Positions 62,601 to 64,000 of a DNA stretch of 64,000 nucleotides are shown one piece after another (positions within the stretch are counted from its first letter, which is position 1; each line of letters begins with the position of its first letter). This DNA is from Schmidtea nova. Lineage: Eukaryota. The stretch covers positions 19,902,001-19,966,000 of the forward strand of contig CM097882.1 of assembly GCA_044892505.1 (NCBI GenBank), given 5' to 3'. Under the pieces are notes generated by a model. It saw only the letters and a program-made list of their open reading frames with translations. It ran no database searches and was not told the DNA's origin. Both the position numbers and the translations under genes were made by a program.

Positions 62601-64000
62601 AAGTAGCGGAAAAGATATGAAAGCTTTGCTAACAAGCGAAAAAGAAAGAATTGATAAAGAAAAGCATGGAGAATTAGAAAAGATCAGTATGGAATATTCA
62701 ACTGGCGCGCAACACTTGACTTTGGATGAAGCCATTGAAAGAGGTCTTGTAGACACAATGCGAGGAACGATACGAGATCCTATTTCTGGAAAAGAAATTT
62801 CATTACAAGAAGCAATTGCAAAAGGAATAATCGACGCGGAAAATAGCGCAATATATGATGCAGAGAAAGGACAAACTGTGTCTCTTTCTGAAATGCTAAG
62901 TAGCGGAAAAGATATGAAAGCTTTGCTAACAAGCGAAAAAGAAAGAATTGATAAAGAAAAGCATGGAGAATTAGAAAAGATCAGTATGGAATATTCAACT
63001 GACGCGCAACACTTGACTTTGGATGAAGCAATTGAAAGAGGTCTTGTAGACACAATGCGAGGAACGATACGAGATCCTATTTCTGGAAAAGAAATTTCAT
63101 TACAAGAAGCAATTGCAAAAGGAATAATCGACGCGGAAAATAGCGCAATATATGATGCAGAGAAAGGACAAACTGTGTCTCTTTCTGAAATGCTAAGTAG
63201 CGGAAAAGATATGAAAGCTTTGCTAACAAGCGAAAAAGAAAGAATTGATAAAGAAAAGCATGGAGAATTAGAAAAGATCAGTATGGAATATTCAACTGAT
63301 GCGCAACACTTGACTTTGGATGAAGCAATTGAAAGAGGTCTTGTAGACACAATGCGAGGAACGATACGAGATCCTATTTCTGGAAAAGAAATTTCATTAC
63401 AAGAAGCAATTGCAAAAGGAATAATCGACGCGGAAAATAGCGCAATATATGATGCAGAGAAAGGACAAACTGTGTCTCTTTCTGAAATGCTAAGTAGCGG
63501 AAAAGATATGAAAGCTTTGCTAACAAGCGAAAAAGAAATAATTGTGAAAGAAAAGCATGGAGAATTAGAAAAGATCAGTATGGAATATTCAACTGACGCG
63601 CAACACTTGACTTTGGATGAAGCAATTGAAAAAGGTCTTGTAGACACAATGCGAGGAACGATACGAGATCCTATTTCTGGAAAAGAAATTTCATTACAAG
63701 AAGCAATTGCAAAAGGAATAATCGACGCGGAAAATAGCGCAATATATGATGCAGAGAAAGGACAAACTGTGTCTCTTTCTGAAATGCTAAGTAGCGGAAA
63801 AGATATGAAAGCTTTGCTAACAAGCGAAAAAGAAAGAATTGATAAAGAAAAGCATGGAGAATTAGAAAAGATCAGTATGGAATATTCAACTGACGCGCAA
63901 CACTTGACTTTGGATGAAGCCATTGAAAGAGGTCTTGTAGGCACAATGCGAGGAACGATACGAGATCCTATTTCTGGAAAAGAAATTTCATTACAAGAAG
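6323..64000 (+). CDS. shot: Spectraplakin/plakin gene (Shot/MACF1/dystonin/VAB-10 family), multi-exon, 5' end of CH1 and 3' end not in view
   Basis: Domain order from hand-spliced GT-AG exons with compatible phases: CH1, CH2, plakin spectrin repeats, SH3, spectrin repeats, plectin-repeat exons. About 26.2 kb of CDS visible. The symbol denotes the family; exact orthology is untested. Confidence 0.9.
7499..7576 (+). CDS. Spectraplakin exon, CH1 ([26 protein letters not shown])
   Basis: ttcag/gtaagt boundaries, 78 bp, phase 0-0; RFH.LEN...LDFL motif. Confidence 0.92.
8990..9290. mobile_element. hAT (Blackjack-like) MITE
   Basis: TATGGTTGCCAGG...CCTGGCAACACTA; flanks ATATACAT/ATTTACAG (6/8). 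An orphan related end CTGGCAACCCTA lies near 10150-10160. Confidence 0.65.
9422..9993. mobile_element. Non-autonomous TIR element, about 570 bp, superfamily unassigned
   Basis: GGGTAAACTCGGCT...AGCCGAGTTTACCC perfect 14-bp TIR, TA on both sides. Confidence 0.8.
10448..10540 (+). CDS. Spectraplakin exon, end of CH1 ([31 protein letters not shown])
   Basis: ttcag/gtaaat boundaries, 93 bp; canonical KLVNI..ED.VDGN.KLTLGL.W.IIL motif. Confidence 0.95.
10778..10828. repeat. (TA)n microsatellite
   Basis: Directly visible; others at about 14036-14068 and 38584-38623. Confidence 0.95.
10900..11430. repeat. Degenerate tandem repeat of about 165-175 bp, 3-4 copies
   Basis: A CATAAAAATGAC(C/T)TAG.TATTTGCTTAC...AGTT(A/G)CTATAGA-like core recurs near 10905, 11080, 11243 and partially at 11401. 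Confidence 0.7.
11960..12870 (-). pseudogene. Heavily decayed coding remnant, possibly a hAT-like transposase
   Basis: Interrupted minus-strand translations ([12 protein letters not shown]; ILALSATET..) resemble transposase C-terminal segments; many stops and frameshifts. Confidence 0.3.
14159..14975 (-). pseudogene. hAT (ZMYM1-like) transposase pseudogene
   Basis: Three consecutive minus-strand ORF pieces; the last is [41 protein letters not shown] (hAT dimerisation domain). Confidence 0.92.
19862..20081. mobile_element. piggyBac-like MITE, 220 bp
   Basis: TTAA|CCCTTTGAACCCT...AGGGTTCAAAGGT|TTAA. Confidence 0.85.
20903..21122. mobile_element. piggyBac-like MITE, 220 bp
   Basis: TTAA|CCCATGCCGTACCAAGCC...GGCTTGGTACGGCATGGG|TTAA, perfect 18-bp TIR. 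Confidence 0.92.
21572..21738 (+). CDS. Spectraplakin exon, CH2 start ([56 protein letters not shown])
   Basis: ttcag/gtcagt boundaries, phase 0-2; LL.W...NF.TSW.DG.AF.ALIH motif. Confidence 0.93.
21925..22040 (+). CDS. Spectraplakin exon, CH2 ([38 protein letters not shown])
   Basis: tatag/gtaaaa boundaries, phase 2-1; PDLID...NLE.AF..A.KELG motif. Confidence 0.95.
22102..22382 (+). CDS. Spectraplakin exon, CH2 end and start of plakin domain ([20 protein letters not shown]...)
   Basis: 61-bp intron upstream, phase 1-0; DEKS.MTYV.SL motif; overlaps ORF 22014..22406. Confidence 0.92.
22444..22653 (+). CDS. Spectraplakin exon, plakin spectrin repeat
   Basis: tttag/gtattt boundaries, 210 bp open, phase 0-0, helical sequence with a spectrin-type W (STLWSKFE). 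Confidence 0.85.
23277..23686 (-). pseudogene. rpl18a: Processed pseudogene of 60S ribosomal protein L18a (eL20)
   Basis: [52 protein letters not shown] aligns by eye with the L18a N-terminus; YYSRSGIH corresponds to YDSRSGTH. Intronless, with frameshifts and a stop. Confidence 0.88.
24558..24718 (+). CDS. Spectraplakin exon, plakin domain (...[16 protein letters not shown])
   Basis: ttcag/gtgaga boundaries, phase 0-2; resembles the plakin VQ.LK.G.HP..Q.YR motif. Confidence 0.85.
24771..24981 (+). CDS. Spectraplakin exon, plakin domain; donor site hidden in N-run
   Basis: 52-bp intron upstream, phase-2 start, open to the N-run at 24982 (..[19 protein letters not shown]). Confidence 0.8.
24982..26239. 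other. Three N-runs (150, 484 and 533 bp) separated by two near-identical 45-46 bp foldback-family fragments
   Basis: cgaaatagtgttattgtttataaaaaaa(a)ttttgatctatagtcat at 25132 and 25662. Confidence 0.95.
26340..26420. repeat. (TAA)n microsatellite
   Basis: Directly visible. Confidence 0.95.
26534..26616 (+). CDS. Spectraplakin exon, plakin domain
   Basis: tttag/gtaaaa boundaries; reads [28 protein letters not shown]. The 5' boundary is less certain because the upstream donor is in Ns. Confidence 0.7.
26663..26740 (+). CDS. Spectraplakin exon, plakin domain
   Basis: 46-bp intron upstream, 78 bp, phase 0-0 ([26 protein letters not shown]). Confidence 0.8.
26794..26958 (+). CDS. Spectraplakin exon, plakin domain
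   Basis: 53-bp intron upstream, 165 bp; [27 protein letters not shown] matches the plakin L..F...A..E..W...KEE....DW pattern. Confidence 0.85.
27271..28530 (+). mobile_element. Penelope-like retroelement, 5'-truncated, frameshifted RT plus GIY-YIG endonuclease
   Basis: [35 protein letters not shown] motifs; then [30 protein letters not shown]. Confidence 0.93.
28621..28865. other. Foldback MITE half followed by an N-run (28694-28865, 172 bp)
   Basis: cacacttgataaaggctgtgc...ttttgatctatagt matches the right arm of the 2564-2709 element. Confidence 0.85.
29410..29514 (+). CDS. Spectraplakin exon, plakin domain
   Basis: gtag/gttaat boundaries, 105 bp; [35 protein letters not shown] corresponds to ELE.KE..I.......L...NHPA...IE. 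Confidence 0.88.
29574..29795 (+). CDS. Spectraplakin exon, plakin domain
   Basis: tttag/gtaaaa boundaries, 222 bp; [25 protein letters not shown] matches the plakin .Q.QWSW.LQL..C.E.H...Y.QFF motif. Confidence 0.92.
29857..30873 (-). mobile_element. Non-autonomous hAT transposon, about 1 kb, 8-bp TSD
   Basis: TIRs CATAGGCGCCAGCAG / CTGCGGGCGCTCATG; flanks CATATAAC/CATACAAC (7/8); internal [36 protein letters not shown]. Confidence 0.92.
30944..31064. mobile_element. Foldback MITE, diverged copy
   Basis: AGACCAGATCAAA...GGCACCGCCTTTT / AAAAGGCAGTGC...TCTAGTCCT. Confidence 0.7.
31930..32406 (+). CDS. Spectraplakin exon containing the plakin SH3 domain
   Basis: ORF 31933..32433; VKAIC...LINNS....WKV....E...PAICFLI is the plakin SH3 motif; phase 0-0. 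Confidence 0.93.
32463..32804 (+). CDS. Spectraplakin exon, spectrin repeats
   Basis: 56-bp intron upstream, ends aaa/gtaagt, 342 bp; overlaps ORF 32487..32834. Confidence 0.88.
33114..33425. mobile_element. hAT-like MITE
   Basis: CAGTGGCGTAAC...GTTACGCCTCTG TIR with GGGCGCC subterminal motifs; TSD not resolved. Confidence 0.75.
33470..33529. mobile_element. Minimal foldback MITE (termini only)
   Basis: AGGACTAGATCAAAAA...TTTTCGATCTATTGTCT. Confidence 0.6.
33760..34165. mobile_element. Degenerate hAT-like MITE
   Basis: GCCTGGATTTACCCTTAGGCTG..AGCCTAG.GCCTC left end and AGCCTTGGGCCCCC right subterminal motif; ends eroded. Confidence 0.45.
34962..35264 (+). CDS. Spectraplakin exon, spectrin repeat
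   Basis: ttcag/gtaaaa boundaries, 303 bp; ORF 34998..35276 (DLWEQLW). Confidence 0.88.
35314..35510 (+). CDS. Spectraplakin exon, spectrin repeat
   Basis: tgcag/gttagt boundaries, phase 0-2; ORF 35308..35544. Confidence 0.85.
35564..35816 (+). CDS. Spectraplakin exon, spectrin repeat
   Basis: tttag/gtgatt boundaries, phase 2-0; LKTIQSWI...[13 protein letters not shown]. Confidence 0.87.
35892..37060. mobile_element. TTAA-flanked non-autonomous element (piggyBac/Kolobok-like) with an internal duplication of about 200 bp
   Basis: TTAA|CCCC...GGGG|TTAA; direct repeat at about 36310-36530 and 36865-37060. Confidence 0.55.
36200..36269 (-). repeat. tRNA-derived SINE head or tRNA pseudogene (Thr-CGT-like)
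   Basis: Reverse complement GGCCTTCTTGGTTTTGGAGTAACGTGCGTGCTTCGTAATTAAAGAGTCCAGGATTTGAATCTCGGTGAAG has decayed A and B boxes and a TTCGTAA loop. Confidence 0.5.
38960..39543 (+). mobile_element. Decayed Penelope-like element remnant
   Basis: SYLPSAIY..., RIA...SE and FFLSNYHP-like segments recall the PLE RT thumb region; multiple stops. Confidence 0.4.
39582..43586 (+). CDS. Spectraplakin large exon, diverged plectin (plakin) repeats, 1335 aa
   Basis: atatag/gtaatt boundaries, 4005 bp, phase 0-0; ORF 39678..43649; many [IL]SL.EA...G[LI]ID / DP..G motifs ([49 protein letters not shown]). Confidence 0.93.
43960..45213 (-). pseudogene. Decayed hAT (ZMYM/DUF4371-type) transposase N-terminal half with one terminus
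   Basis: Minus strand [39 protein letters not shown] corresponds to GLAFRGHD..GNF..L; TAATACACCACTG terminus (CAGTGGTGTATTA) at 45201-45213. Confidence 0.7.
45391..64000 (+). CDS. Giant spectraplakin exon: about 190 aa unique leader, then more than 60 tandem 99-aa plectin-repeat units; runs off the window
   Basis: Polypyrimidine tract and ttttaaag acceptor at 45390 (phase 0, matches the donor at 43586). Unit reads [82 protein letters not shown](S/R)[17 protein letters not shown] saw no in-frame stop. Absent from the ORF track because no stop closes it. Confidence 0.88.
45950..64000 (+). repeat. 297-bp coding tandem array, more than 60 copies
   Basis: The motif cgagatccta at 46141 recurs at 63961, 17,820 bp = exactly 60 x 297 later. 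Units differ by only a few substitutions. Confidence 0.97.

Noticed and set aside
45912-63944. Two huge minus-strand ORFs (2743 and 3198 aa) as a real antisense protein
   Set aside because: They are a shadow of the + strand repeat. A stop in that frame needs a Tyr codon after T/C or a His/Gln codon after T; the unit has only seven such codons, all preceded by A or G. One variant (AAT CAT near 54345) does create a minus-strand stop while leaving the + frame intact. The + frame gives recognisable plectin repeats.
45950-64000. CRISPR array or non-coding satellite
   Set aside because: There are no unique spacers, the period is a multiple of three, the frame is continuous with a unique coding leader and the product is a known domain.

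Overview
This is AT-rich animal genomic DNA, invertebrate-like, with 46-61 bp introns alternating with multi-kb transposon-filled introns. Nearly the whole window is one + strand gene, a spectraplakin/plakin (Shot/MACF1/dystonin/VAB-10 family). I reconstructed it exon by exon with consistent phases: CH1, CH2, plakin domain with SH3 and spectrin repeats, a 4,005-bp exon of diverged plectin repeats (39582-43586), then a giant exon starting near 45391 that is still open at base 64000. That exon holds just over 60 near-identical 297-bp (99-aa) plectin-repeat units with no net indel. The ORF track misses it and shows only its antisense shadow. About 8,700 codons are visible. The 5' end of CH1 and the C-terminus were not found in the window. 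The introns and 5' flank hold a Polinton/Maverick remnant (pPolB C-terminus plus a probable terminal repeat end), several hAT elements (two with 8-bp TSDs), piggyBac-like TTAA MITEs, Penelope-like elements, a dispersed foldback MITE family associated with the N-runs, tRNA-derived repeats and an RPL18A retro-pseudogene. All family assignments come from motif recognition, not database searches.
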